DNA of 64,000 nucleotides from a virus. Its lineage: Duplodnaviria > Caudoviricetes. The stretch is taken from positions 32,001 through 96,000 of IMG/VR virus record IMGVR_UViG_3300010163_000002. The stretch is one strand, 5' to 3'. The notes under the pieces are model-generated. The model did no database searches and had not been told where the DNA came from. It saw only the letters and a program-made list of their open reading frames with translations. How positions within the stretch are numbered: position 1 is the first letter of the stretch; every line of letters starts with the position of its first letter. A program made the translations under genes and the position numbers. Positions 28,328-39,698 of this stretch are shown here, one piece after another.

Positions 28328-30354
28328 ATTTCATAAGGGAATGTGTAAGAGTACCATCATCAGGCAGACCTATGATGTATAAACTTACACGAGCTAATCT
28401 TGCATTAAATTTCTGTATGAGTTTAAACCTTAATGTATTTGAGGAGATACCTCGACAGCAGGGTAAAACAGTTTCTGTAGCAATTAGGCTACTTTATGTA
28501 TATAATTTTGGAACTACCAACACCAAGATGGCATTCCTGCATAAGGGTATGGATGGTGCTAAGGATAACTTACAAACTCTTAAAGATATCCGTGATATGC
28601 TCCCTCCGTATCTTATTATGAAAGAACGAGTAATGCCAGACGGTAAAGTAGATAAAGGTCGTAATAATACTACGGATATACTTAATCCATTTAATAATAA
28701 CTCAATTAAAACATTTGCATCCGCAACCAATAAAGCTAAAGCGGCATCATTACTTAGAGGTAAGTCCCTTAGCACTATATGGTACGATGAGTACGGATTT
28801 TTACCATATAATGATGTAATTTATATGAATGCTGCTCCTGCATTTAAAACAGCTTCAGAAATAGCTAAAAAGAATGGAACTCCTCATGGTATTGTAATTA
28901 CTACAACACCTGGATTTATGACTACAAATGAGGGTAAAGAAGCATATTCAATGAAAGAGATGGCTACTAAATTTAGCGAATCTTGGTACGATTTGAAATA
29001 TGCCGAGCTAATGCAAATCATAAATGCCAATACAAAATCAGATTTTGTATACATTAAATTTACCTACCAGCAACTCGGATGTAGCGAGCAATGGTTTGCT
29101 GAAGTAAGTAAACTTCTTAAGAATAGTTGGCCTGACATAAGGCGAGAGATTTTGCTTGAGTGGGCTACTGGAGTGGAAAACTCTCCATTTAAAGAAGAAG
29201 ATCTTGATACTATATCTGGTCTTATCAGACAACCTATAAGTATTACATATCTACTTGGTAAATATAGATTTGAAACTTATCTGCAGGCTGATACTAGAAC
29301 ATATCCCCCTCTTATTGGAGTCGATGTTGCTAGTGGATATCGGCAAGATAGTTCGACTATTACTGTAGTAGATTCTTTAACAACTAAAGTTCTTGGATGT
29401 ATGAATTGTAACTATATAAGTACAATCGATTTGGCAAGATGCATTGAATTCATTGTTAAGAACTGGATGCCGAATTCGATTATCAATGTTGAGAGGAACG
29501 GGGGTTATGGTTCAACAGTTATAACTAAGCTTGTTAAGATGGGCTTAAGGAAAAACTTATATTATGAGATAAAAGATGTCGTAACAGAAGAAAAACAAGA
29601 CGGTATTCATTCATATAAACAGAAAACAAGAATGAAAGTATATGGCCTTACGTCTACCAAAGCAATAAGAAATACTCTAATTGATATTCTTATTGAGCGA
29701 GTTGAGAGTCATAAAGATAAAATCGTATCTCCTATAATTTATAATGAGCTGCTTGGAATGGAGATTAAACGTAATGGTAAAGTCGAGCATTCTGATAGCA
29801 CTCATGATGACCAGGTATTTTCTATGTTAATGGCTTTATATATGTGGTATGAAGGCGTTAATATGGGAGAACGCTTTGGCATGAAAAAGACATCTATTAG
29901 AACAGATGAAGATATAGACGAACAAGTAGATTACTACAATGATGATTCAGTAGAGATAGTTGGGTCTTTTAATCAGGAAGATGATTTAAATACAGAAATT
30001 GAAAAGGATCTTGATAATGCTATTAAAGCTGGCGGTATGCAGATGCAAGAATTTCTTGATCAACGTAGAGCTCAAGAGCAAGCTCAATTTAAATCATTAA
30101 TTCTTTCTCCTATAGGAGAAAGAGCTTATAGACAAAAATATAATATTCCAGATAACGTACCAATAACAAATTTTGTTGGAGAGCAGAATAATTTCAACGT
30201 CCCAGATTCTGTTCTTCTAGGATTTTATAACAATAATAACGGTAATCCGTATTTTGAAAGCGAAGTACCGTTTAATAGATTAGCCGTATCAGAAGATCAA
30301 GCTTATATGCTTGAAGATGATGGATATAGATACCAGGATCATTTTAATTTCTAA
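28328..30354 (+). CDS. Terminase large subunit, exon 2
   Basis: Walker A PRQQGKT, Walker B IWYDE, motif III ITTTP, nuclease IGVDVASG and HDDQVFS. Confidence 0.92.
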
Positions 30355-30445
30355 ATATTTTATGGAGGAGGTTATATGCCTCCTCCATTGCTTTTTATCA
30401 TAAAAAGTACAACTATGTAAAAATAATCTAAGGAGGACTGATATA

Positions 30446-31240
30446 ATGAATGGCAATCAGGTAGAATTGTACCGGATCGATAATGAATACAATATTAGCG
30501 AAATATTAGCTCATTTTGATTCGGATTTCATACTACACGCATTAGAAGACAAATTAGAGCATATTGATTATGCTTCAACACTTATAGAACCAAATTTTGT
30601 TGGAGCATTCGAAAGCAATTTCAAACTCATGAATGATGAATATTCTGGGGATAGTCAGAATATTCGTACAGTAAGAGAGCAAGTATACAGAGAAATTATT
30701 AAAGTATTATGCGGTAAATTTAATCTTGAATTTAATAGTATTGATGACCACATTGATCCATATACTGCAGCATATTACTTGTATGATTTTCTCGTATGCA
30801 ATAGAAATACTATTATGGTAAACTTCTTTGTAGCATTCATAATTAATAATAAAGAGAGTTTATGCAATATGCTTAATGTAGAAGACTTCAGAAAAAATAA
30901 GGACAGCTCATCAGCATATGGAAAACGAGTATATTCTGATACTGATTATGCCATCATAAGTGCAAATATCCCTAAAATTATTAACTATATTCAGACATTG
31001 GATATTAGATTAATAAATATATTTCAAAGCGTATATGTAGATCCGGCATTAGTTCAATTTCTTGATAATGCATTTGCTGATAAGGGAAATTTCTTTAAAG
31101 ATTATTATTGTACTGCAATAAATAATGTAGAAATTGCCCCAATAATAATAACTAATATAAGGCTATCGTTGCAAAAAATTGTAGGGGATGTTAGTGCAAG
31201 TCATATAGACGAGATTATGGCGACAAGCCCAAAGGCATAA
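30446..31240 (+). CDS. Late hypothetical protein (probably virion/morphogenesis)
   Basis: Late-type promoter at 30408-30420; AGGAGG RBS; lies between terminase and tail genes. Confidence 0.6.
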   Translation: MNGNQVELYRIDNEYNISEILAHFDSDFILHALEDKLEHIDYASTLIEPNFVGAFESNFKLMNDEYSGDSQNIRTVREQVYREIIKVLCGKFNLEFNSIDDHIDPYTAAYYLYDFLVCNRNTIMVNFFVAFIINNKESLCNMLNVEDFRKNKDSSSAYGKRVYSDTDYAIISANIPKIINYIQTLDIRLINIFQSVYVDPALVQFLDNAFADKGNFFKDYYCTAINNVEIAPIIITNIRLSLQKIVGDVSASHIDEIMATSPKA

Positions 31241-31268
31241 AATATAATTAAACGGAGGATATAGAAAA

Positions 31269-32375
31269 ATGAGCGAAAAAATTGTAAACATTGATGACGT
31301 GGCAACACTTAGAGACGATACCGAATTAACTGACGATCAGGTCGGATTAATTTATAATTCTCTTAAAAATGAAGATAAAGCCAGCCAGGATAATTTAAAA
31401 AATGCTATAGATAAAACAGAATCAACTCAATACACTTCTGAAGATAATAATGTGATTGAAGCGCAGGATATGATTCCCGGAGTTGATGCTATTCCTAGCA
31501 ATTTAAAATACGAAGAAACAACAGGAGAGATTGAAGAAACTGAAGAAAATATTAAAGATACATTAGAAATGTACGGAATCAAAGATGAAGACGTAGAATT
31601 AATGCTTGATGTGATTAATCAGTATAAAAATGATAAAAACGTAAGCATTACAAATATCTATAATAAGTTACCAGCATCATTCAAAACAATGGTTGATAAC
31701 CTTGCTATGCTTGAGGGAGCGCCAAAGGATTTCAAACAGCTTAGAGCAATGAGAAATGCTGCTACTAGAACTCTTCTTGATGAGTTCATCAATGACTCTA
31801 AACTCTCTAAAGCTGTAGAAGACTACACCAAAGAAGTATCAGATGCTATAAATGAAATGGAAACCGGGTACAATAAAATTATTAATGACGCAATCAACGA
31901 TGCATTTGATAAAATTGATAAGATTGAAGCCGAAAACCCAACTCAAGCTGCTAATATTAAAGCTATAAAACAAGCGTTTAAAGACGCAGTAGAGCTTGAA
32001 TTACAGCTTAATATTGCTTCTCATACATCCAGTAAAAAGATTGCTAAATGGGCAACAAGGTTTTCAGGAGAAGTAATATATTTCAACAAGAAAGTAAGTA
32101 ATAACATTGCTGGAGTTAAAATTCCTGATATTTCTGAACTTGTTCCTATCATTAAAAGCGCTCTTCCACAATATACGCATGACGAAATTAAACAATTTTT
32201 ATGTGTAGTTGTTAGGTCTATTGATAAGATAGACATCAATACACTTTACGGAATTTCTTATATTTATTCAATGATTTCGAATATTTATAAGTATAAATTC
32301 TGTGCTATTAATGATGAGAAAGGAGAAAAGATCTTTGGGAATATCTCCAGGGTTATCGATGCGATTTTATCCTAA
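31269..32375 (+). CDS. Late hypothetical helical protein
   Basis: 368-aa ORF with GGAGG RBS, in operon. Confidence 0.6.
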   Translation: MSEKIVNIDDVATLRDDTELTDDQVGLIYNSLKNEDKASQDNLKNAIDKTESTQYTSEDNNVIEAQDMIPGVDAIPSNLKYEETTGEIEETEENIKDTLEMYGIKDEDVELMLDVINQYKNDKNVSITNIYNKLPASFKTMVDNLAMLEGAPKDFKQLRAMRNAATRTLLDEFINDSKLSKAVEDYTKEVSDAINEMETGYNKIINDAINDAFDKIDKIEAENPTQAANIKAIKQAFKDAVELELQLNIASHTSSKKIAKWATRFSGEVIYFNKKVSNNIAGVKIPDISELVPIIKSALPQYTHDEIKQFLCVVVRSIDKIDINTLYGISYIYSMISNIYKYKFCAINDEKGEKIFGNISRVIDAILS

Positions 32376-32389
32376 GGAGGTACAACACT

Positions 32390-33388
32390 ATGAGATCTCA
32401 TATTATAAACGGGCATTATATGTTCGGCAATACGTTCATGCAGCCCGATATGCCTCATTATAACCATATTAAACATCATATTTTAGCACCAGTGCACAGG
32501 CCAATGCCACCATATCCAGATTCAGGCGTTCCAGGATCTATTCAGGGTAAACCAGGGCAGTGTTTATGCTTCGAAACTGAGGGCGGGCAAAAAATTGATT
32601 GCCCGTACGTAAATTCTGATGACGAGAATGCAGAAACCTCGTGCAATTGCGATTGCGAATTGTGCAAAGCTGGAATTATTCGAGATCCTCTGATGTTTAA
32701 TGTAGTAAACATTGAAACTTCAATTGTAAAAACTCTTAAATTGACCCTTTACGGAACATCTTCAGATAAAGACAAAACTGTAGAGATGAAAGAGGGGAAC
32801 AGATATGCTGTAACATATATCACTGAGAGAGGTATGGTTACATCTGTTGGCTATTTAGAATTAATTAGCGATAGTGTTCCTGATAAATGCACTAGATATA
32901 TTGGCGGAGCAAACAGCATGGCTACGGTATCATCTGCATACATAGGAATGGATTGTTCTACTGAAGGGCATTCTGATAAAAGAAAAATCTATATAGCAAC
33001 AATCAGATTTGTTCAGGCTCTCGAAGAGGGTGAAACTCCAGATATCGAGGAAGTTAAAAGCATGAGGGAAAGATTACAGGAACTACTTGATGCTATTGAA
33101 AATGGAGAACTAGTATTCTGTGATAAAAAATCATGCTGCGATGACGGTATTGATGTACAGCCAATTGAACCTGAAAATCCGGTAGACCCAGATACTGGAA
33201 AATATGATGACTATACTGGCATAGATACTACATCTGTTGCAGCTAACTCGAAAAAGGTATATGATATAATGGATGAGATTGGTTCAATGATTCCAGAAAC
33301 AAAACAATCTGAAAAATTTATTCCTGATTCCAATATGGTGCTGGACGACACGAAAAATTTGGAACGTATGGATGTTAAACTTCTTTAA
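32390..33388 (+). CDS. Late hypothetical protein with His/Pro- and Cys-rich N-terminus
   Basis: HYNHIKHH, CLC, CNCDCELC; AGGAGG RBS. Confidence 0.6.
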   Translation: MRSHIINGHYMFGNTFMQPDMPHYNHIKHHILAPVHRPMPPYPDSGVPGSIQGKPGQCLCFETEGGQKIDCPYVNSDDENAETSCNCDCELCKAGIIRDPLMFNVVNIETSIVKTLKLTLYGTSSDKDKTVEMKEGNRYAVTYITERGMVTSVGYLELISDSVPDKCTRYIGGANSMATVSSAYIGMDCSTEGHSDKRKIYIATIRFVQALEEGETPDIEEVKSMRERLQELLDAIENGELVFCDKKSCCDDGIDVQPIEPENPVDPDTGKYDDYTGIDTTSVAANSKKVYDIMDEIGSMIPETKQSEKFIPDSNMVLDDTKNLERMDVKLL

Positions 33389-33473
33389 TACAAAATTTTA
33401 AAGTTCCAGTAGCCAATTAAGGCTACTGGATAACTTTTCGAACTTTAATATAATAGTAAAGGAGGATAACGGC

Positions 33474-34187
33474 ATGGTTGAATTATTCTATAAAATTGAC
33501 AAAAACAAAGTTATTTTCAATGGCGAAGGCGAATTAATCTATTATGTACCAGAAAAATATTTTGAAATTAAAGCGGCTGAAATTATTGGAGAATTGACAA
33601 GAGTAATGGGAATGTTTATGTATGCGGTATTTGATAAAAACGGTAAACGTACAGTTTTTAAACAGTTTAAATGCCCATCAATGATTGAATGTAAACCATC
33701 TACTATTACTAAAGAAGCAAATTACCATTTAGAAGGAACCAAGGAACCCAAAGCATATAGGCTTATGCATTTTTCTAAAGGCGATCAATTATTCTGCACA
33801 AGTATACCGTCAGAATTTAGTACTTTGGAAAAATTTGTAGACTTATTTAAAGGCGGAAATCTGCCGGAAACAATACCATACGATGAAGTACAAAATTATA
33901 TCTTAAAAAATGCAGAATTATGTAACTTTGATTATAAAGTATCAAACCAGGCTATAGGAATTGTTATATCAGAAATTTACAGAAAAGAGGATGATTTATC
34001 TAAGCCATTCAGATTTAGCAAAACAGATGATATGCTTGCTTATAAAGCATTGCCTGTGGCTAAAATTCCAATGTATACATCGCCATTTACAGCAATAACA
34101 TCTGAAAATGCAGATGAAGCTATAGCTGCAGCAATGACTGTTGCTGGAGATAAAGACTCTCCATTGGAAAAAATATTTATGAATTAG
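33474..34187 (+). CDS. Probable extreme C-terminal beta' fragment of a second (virion) RNA polymerase
   Basis: GIVISEIYR...PFR and SPFTAITSEN...AIAAA...SPLEKI resemble the beta' C-terminal EVIVRQM...SF..AASFQE..VL..AA region; late promoter at 33441-33453. Confidence 0.45.
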   Translation: MVELFYKIDKNKVIFNGEGELIYYVPEKYFEIKAAEIIGELTRVMGMFMYAVFDKNGKRTVFKQFKCPSMIECKPSTITKEANYHLEGTKEPKAYRLMHFSKGDQLFCTSIPSEFSTLEKFVDLFKGGNLPETIPYDEVQNYILKNAELCNFDYKVSNQAIGIVISEIYRKEDDLSKPFRFSKTDDMLAYKALPVAKIPMYTSPFTAITSENADEAIAAAMTVAGDKDSPLEKIFMN

Positions 34188-34283
34188 TACAAGGCAACCT
34201 GCGCTATTTATAAACATATGAATAAAGCTTACTGCTTTAATTTATTTATAAATAAATTAAAAATAATCAAGGAGGTTAACAAT

Positions 34284-36149
34284 ATGAAGGGATATCCTAA
34301 GTCTCGATTTGATATCATCAATCAGACCCAAATTCAGGAAATCACAGTTGATACTATCAACTATCCGATTGCTTTGTTTATGCAGCCATACACAAGCGAT
34401 AAAGGAACTGAGAATTGGGAAGTGATTGGTGATTTTGAGAAATTCTCCAAAGAAAAAGGAGGAATCAGTTTCCTTAGGCATGGACAGGCACAGCTTACTG
34501 TAGCAGAAGTGCTTAGAAGTGGCGGCTATGTACTTGGTAAACGTATGCTATCTGACGATGCTGCCCTGGCAAACGTTACTGTCAAGGCAAGAGTAGTAAA
34601 AGTTGATTCTGTATCTTATGTATATTTCTATACTAAATCAGGAATCAATATTGCAGACTTTGAAGAAGCTTGCGATGTTGGTTATGGAGATTTTGATTCT
34701 ACTGCAACCCCTGCAGAGGGCGAAAACAGTATTGATATTCCGCTGTTTACTGTAACACCGATGGGTCGCGGCGCCAGCGGAATCTTCTTCAGAATCAGCC
34801 CGGAGTACGCTTCTTCCAGAAGCAAAAATACCACAAGTTACCTTAAGTATGCTTTTGATATTTTCGAAGATGGTAATGAGATTGAGAGCATTGTATTTAC
34901 AATGAATCCAGAAATTATCATCGATGATATCGCTCAGGCTATGAATCCGAAGATTAAATCTAATTCTGGCCAGGTTAGAGTTAAACTGTATGAAGACGGT
35001 ATGTTTAAACTTATTGATGAATTGGCTAAAACTGCTGTTGATGCTGCTGGAGAGCCTATTCCTGCCGCTGAACTTGTGAACCTTGACTTCATTAATGCTT
35101 GCGATCGTAAGGGAGAAAGCACTATTGGCGGAATCGTAACAATTAATCAGGCAGACGAAGAGCAGCTCAGCCAGTGGGAAGCAAACAAGCCAGCAGATAT
35201 TACAACTCCGTATGATCTTGCAGACGCTGTTGGTATTCCACTTACAAACGGTAGCTATGGCACAATGGGTGTTAGTCCTGTTACTAATACCACTGAATAC
35301 GAGAACATGCTTCTTTCTGTATTCGGTAAGAACACAGAATCTCCGCTGTTTAGTACCAAGATTTACGATCTTGATGCGTATAAAATTGATGCTATTTTTG
35401 ACTGTAATTTCCCGATGACAGTCAAAAATGCTATTGTTGATCTTGTGGATTTCCGTGGAGATATGGTCTACCTGTGTGATCTTGGAACAAAAGCAAATAC
35501 TCTTGCTAGAATCATTGATGAGGCTTCTAAGATTACTCTTTCCAAGTATACAGCTCTGTATCATAACTACATGAAAATCATCGATCCATTTACCAAGAAA
35601 GAGATTACAGTTACAATGCCGTATCTTCTTGTAAACAAGATGGTTAAGCATGTTGCTAAGGGCGTCGGTATTCCATTCGCTGGTATCGCAAATGACCTTA
35701 CGTTCAATACTATCATTGAAAACTCCATCAATTTCCTGCCTGTTGAAATTCCTGGAATTAATCAGAAGCAGGAACTTGTAGATATGAATATTAACTATCT
35801 TAATATTTATGACGGAGTTCCGGTAATGGAAACAATGTATACAAATGATGGAGAATACTCCCAGCTTTCATTCCTGCACAATATCATGGCCGTACAGGAA
35901 ATTATTAAAGTTATTAGAGCTCGTTGCCCGCAGACCAGATATACTTTCTTGGATGGTGATGATCTTGAGCAGTATATTGATGATGTTGAAGCTATTGTTA
36001 AGCAGTATTCAACAAACTTCAAATCTATCAGTGTTCAGTACATGGCCGACGAGAAGTATGAATCTAATAACATCTTCTATGCAGTGCTTAAGGTACAGTT
36101 CAAGAACTTCATTCAGGAAGAGTACTTTAAGATCATTGCTATTGCTTAA
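34284..36149 (+). CDS. Tail sheath protein
   Basis: About 620 aa, high-expression codon bias, sheath-like C-terminal region (FRGD..YL.D, PFAG, INYL, LSFLHN, VKVQF-like end); directly precedes the tube gene; late promoter at 34213-34225. Confidence 0.8.
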   Translation: MKGYPKSRFDIINQTQIQEITVDTINYPIALFMQPYTSDKGTENWEVIGDFEKFSKEKGGISFLRHGQAQLTVAEVLRSGGYVLGKRMLSDDAALANVTVKARVVKVDSVSYVYFYTKSGINIADFEEACDVGYGDFDSTATPAEGENSIDIPLFTVTPMGRGASGIFFRISPEYASSRSKNTTSYLKYAFDIFEDGNEIESIVFTMNPEIIIDDIAQAMNPKIKSNSGQVRVKLYEDGMFKLIDELAKTAVDAAGEPIPAAELVNLDFINACDRKGESTIGGIVTINQADEEQLSQWEANKPADITTPYDLADAVGIPLTNGSYGTMGVSPVTNTTEYENMLLSVFGKNTESPLFSTKIYDLDAYKIDAIFDCNFPMTVKNAIVDLVDFRGDMVYLCDLGTKANTLARIIDEASKITLSKYTALYHNYMKIIDPFTKKEITVTMPYLLVNKMVKHVAKGVGIPFAGIANDLTFNTIIENSINFLPVEIPGINQKQELVDMNINYLNIYDGVPVMETMYTNDGEYSQLSFLHNIMAVQEIIKVIRARCPQTRYTFLDGDDLEQYIDDVEAIVKQYSTNFKSISVQYMADEKYESNNIFYAVLKVQFKNFIQEEYFKIIAIA

Positions 36150-36166
36150 AGAAGGAGGCGAATATA

Positions 36167-37153
36167 ATGGCAGTATATAAAAACCGTACAACCGATTCCT
36201 TCGCTGACTTTAAAGCAGCAGAGTGGGATGCTGGTGGTGACAAAAATAAAATGATTGGTAACCTTTTTACCAATACAAAGGATTTCAAAGATGTTACTAC
36301 GTATAGACTTATGCGAGGTGTTCCGGATTTTGGTTCACTTGTACAGTTTAATCCGTACGAAACAGGATATGCCGCATTTATTATTTGCCAGATGCCAAAG
36401 TTCATTGAACTGCTGGCAAAATATGATGCAGAGTACAATAAGCTGATCTCTAACTGGGCGCATATTATTGAATATGAGTTTAAGAGTTTTGAAGGTCTTG
36501 ATGCCATCAGTGCAGATACTATCACTCTTGGTGATGATCTGAACTCTATTAACGTTATTTCTAAGGTTAATATGCAGGGAGCGTCTGAGTTTACACTGAC
36601 TTATGACGAAAAATCTGGTTCTCCGCTTACCAAGTTTGCTAAACTGTATCTTACTGGTATTAAGGATGGACGTACTCAGGTTAAAACGTATCACGGCCTT
36701 ATTCATTCTGATAAAATGGAACCGGGCTTTGAGAATGAGGTATTCACATTCCTGTTTATCGCTACAGATAACACGATGAGATCTGTAGAGTCTGCTTATC
36801 TGTTGATTGGCTGCCAGCTTAACTCTGCAGATACAGATATGTATAACTTCACAAAGGGCGATATCGATAAGCGTGCAGTATCCGTTAAGTTTAATGGATA
36901 TCCAGTACAGTCTACCGATATCAACAAAGCAGCTCAGAGAATGCTTGACTTCTTGCTTAGTAAGGATGCTGGTGTACGTCAGATTATCGTTAACAGCGAT
37001 AACTATAACTATACTGGAACAGAGAGTATCGCTAAGACTCTTACTAGCTACGGTGCTGGTAGTACATATACCCAGGGTCTTGATCAGGATACTAAGACTT
37101 ACGATACGGCAAGCTTCTATAAAGCTTCCAATAGCCAGGCAGTTACTGTATAA
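36167..37153 (+). CDS. Tail tube protein
   Basis: Directly downstream of sheath; FTLTYDE.SG.P..K...YLTGI.D..T pattern typical of jumbo-myophage tubes. Confidence 0.7.
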   Translation: MAVYKNRTTDSFADFKAAEWDAGGDKNKMIGNLFTNTKDFKDVTTYRLMRGVPDFGSLVQFNPYETGYAAFIICQMPKFIELLAKYDAEYNKLISNWAHIIEYEFKSFEGLDAISADTITLGDDLNSINVISKVNMQGASEFTLTYDEKSGSPLTKFAKLYLTGIKDGRTQVKTYHGLIHSDKMEPGFENEVFTFLFIATDNTMRSVESAYLLIGCQLNSADTDMYNFTKGDIDKRAVSVKFNGYPVQSTDINKAAQRMLDFLLSKDAGVRQIIVNSDNYNYTGTESIAKTLTSYGAGSTYTQGLDQDTKTYDTASFYKASNSQAVTV

Positions 37154-37165
37154 TCAAACAATATG

Positions 37166-37195
37166 TATCCCTGTAGGAGCAATCCTACAGGGATA
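37166..37195. terminator. Bidirectional intrinsic terminator
   Basis: tatccctgtagga-gcaa-tcctacagggata. Confidence 0.8.
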
Positions 37196-37211
37196 TGTTT
37201 TGCTTTTATAT

Positions 37212-39647
37212 TTAAGATTCCATATTTTCAGCATCGCTGACTCTATCTTTAATCTCCCCTTGCCTTGCAGCATTTTCTATCTTCTTAATCATATCAATAT
37301 TAACATAAGATCCTAAGAAATAAATTTTAAGTTCCTTAGCAAATCTATTTCTTACATTGTCATTCTTTTCATCCGCCATAAAGATGTTTGCTAAATTTTC
37401 ACAATAATCATTAGTATTTGTAACTAACTGATTGGTATTGGTAACATTTATAAACAATGGTGGTGGTAATGTAACAGTAATACGATCATTTGAACTATAT
37501 TCCATATTATAAATCTTTGTACACAATGGATTTATAGTCTTTTGGAAATCTGATTGTCTTGCATAGACAAATCTTAAGAATTTAGAATTGCTCATTGTTA
37601 ATTGCAACGCATAATCCGGAGATTGTCTATTTTGAATAATTTCTATTGGAACTCCTGTAGGGTTGATTGCTGACTCTTCCAATAAATTAAGAAGATCTGT
37701 TTTAATCTCGATCTGTTGTCCTGGCATCACTTCAAAATCAATTGGTGATTGCCCGTCAGCACTTCTTGGTACAATATAATCATTATACCTTCCTGTGATA
37801 TTAAGAACAGAATTTATATTCTCAATCTGTCTTATACCGAAATTAGATTTCTTAATTTCATTAATAGTTTTTAATAGTGTTTTTGAGATATTTGATTCCA
37901 CTGATTGCTTCACATAATATACACGCTTATCATTACCGCGAGTCATAATACCTAAACAATTTGTAAGATATATAGCGACCCATAATTTAGCAGGAATTAA
38001 GCTAAGATTAAGATCACTAATACCACGTCCAGTATCTTCATCAAGTTCAAAATAAATATGATGAATATCCTCCGGAGGAATATAGCTTACACGTATATTA
38101 TTAGTGGAACCTGCAGCGGCATTAAATGAGTCATTATATTTAAGAATATAATAAATCTCTCTCTTAAGATCTTGATTGTTATTAACAAAGTTATTGTCGA
38201 TCTTCTCTGCAAGGCTAGCTGCTACACTTCTAAGCAACTCCTCTCGCCTCTGCATTGAATCAAATGCTTCTGATCTGCCATTGCTCCTCAATCCAGTAAT
38301 AGTGTTAACCATTCCGGTTGAGCTAAATCTTTCATCAAACAGTTCTGCCTGATTATCAAATTCAAAATAGTAATAGCCAAGGCAAATATCATTAAGAATA
38401 ATAGGAGTAACTCTTTCTCTTTTAAGTATTTTAACAATGCATCCATTCATTCCATTAAGATTGGAACTTTGCGATTTTTTGGTGTATAAACCGTCTGCTG
38501 TGGTATCATCTTGATTTGGCAATTCCATATCATCATGAAGAGTTTTATCAAACTTATGGTGCGTCGGAAGTTTAGCTCCCATTTCAAGATCTCCATTCAT
38601 AGAATTTCCAAATGTATAAGGCTTACCATCATTGGCAATAGAATCTATACCTTCATTAATTATATCTGGGTTATCTTGCTCCATAGCAAGTTCCATTAGA
38701 TACTGTTCTGTTAAAGATTGCTCTCTAACAAATTGTCTCTTATTTCTGGCATCTTGCTCTGCTTTAACAATAGATGAAATAATACCAGATTCTATATTGA
38801 TATCGATATTAAATTCACCAAGATCATATTTTGCAGCTCTTTGGTCCGATTTTATTAAATCATTATATTCCTGTATATATGCGGATGAATCAATATGTAT
38901 TGGTTCAAATTCCGATACCGAACTTTCTATCAATAAATCAGAAGATTCGGCATAATTAGTTCTAACCTGAATTGTTTTTGTATTATTGCTAAGTTTTCTA
39001 TCAAGTAATCTATTAATTGCTTTCTGATATGGCACACAATATACAAAAGTTTCGCCATATTTTGAGGTTTGTTCATAAATTTTGCTTATAAGTTTTTGCA
39101 TCTCGTATCTATTTTTCATATCCTCAATATTACGAGCATGCTGTTCTTTTGATTCTCTTGTAAGAGCAATATCAGAATCAAGATTTAGAAAATCTTTACT
39201 AAAACTATCTGCTGATAATACATTGTCTTTGATTGTATCCAGCGCCTCCTGAAGTTTAGGCATATACTTCAACACTTCATCTATTTCTGTATCTATAGCT
39301 TTAACCCATCTATTATCAAGATAAGAACTTGTTAGATTATTGATAAATTCATTATCGCCAAATATTCTTTCAAATTCCCTTATAGTCCCGTCGTCATTTT
39401 GGGAATTAAAGAGAAGACGCTCATATAATCTTGATATATTAGGTTCACCAATGTTGTCAACATTGGTATCCATAATATCTTTAATAGATGCAGTTATGTC
39501 AGTTTTTATCGCTTTAAGCTGTTGTTTGTTGCCAGGGTCTGATAAGTATGTCGATTTATACAGATCGTCCATATTGCCACGAACAAAGCCTGCCAACTTA
39601 TGCAATAAGCCAGTTTTTATTGGCTTGTTTTCATTATCTGAAGGCAT
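37212..39647 (-). CDS. Portal protein (T4 gp20-like) with a large internal insertion
   Basis: P.LQEALD.I.DNV, KYGETFVY, KRVYYV, DYIVPR, IDFEVMPGQ, TGVP motifs; late promoter at 39676-39688. Confidence 0.75.
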   Translation of the reverse strand: MPSDNENKPIKTGLLHKLAGFVRGNMDDLYKSTYLSDPGNKQQLKAIKTDITASIKDIMDTNVDNIGEPNISRLYERLLFNSQNDDGTIREFERIFGDNEFINNLTSSYLDNRWVKAIDTEIDEVLKYMPKLQEALDTIKDNVLSADSFSKDFLNLDSDIALTRESKEQHARNIEDMKNRYEMQKLISKIYEQTSKYGETFVYCVPYQKAINRLLDRKLSNNTKTIQVRTNYAESSDLLIESSVSEFEPIHIDSSAYIQEYNDLIKSDQRAAKYDLGEFNIDINIESGIISSIVKAEQDARNKRQFVREQSLTEQYLMELAMEQDNPDIINEGIDSIANDGKPYTFGNSMNGDLEMGAKLPTHHKFDKTLHDDMELPNQDDTTADGLYTKKSQSSNLNGMNGCIVKILKRERVTPIILNDICLGYYYFEFDNQAELFDERFSSTGMVNTITGLRSNGRSEAFDSMQRREELLRSVAASLAEKIDNNFVNNNQDLKREIYYILKYNDSFNAAAGSTNNIRVSYIPPEDIHHIYFELDEDTGRGISDLNLSLIPAKLWVAIYLTNCLGIMTRGNDKRVYYVKQSVESNISKTLLKTINEIKKSNFGIRQIENINSVLNITGRYNDYIVPRSADGQSPIDFEVMPGQQIEIKTDLLNLLEESAINPTGVPIEIIQNRQSPDYALQLTMSNSKFLRFVYARQSDFQKTINPLCTKIYNMEYSSNDRITVTLPPPLFINVTNTNQLVTNTNDYCENLANIFMADEKNDNVRNRFAKELKIYFLGSYVNIDMIKKIENAARQGEIKDRVSDAENMES

Positions 39648-39698
39648 ATGTTTTTATCCCCCTTTCTTATTGTACTTACTAAGATGTCTGAAAATGGC

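Noticed and set aside
34638-35651. 337-aa minus-strand ORF antisense to the tail sheath gene
   Set aside because: Same codon-bias shadow effect; other short antisense or overlapping ORFs in the track were rejected for the same reason
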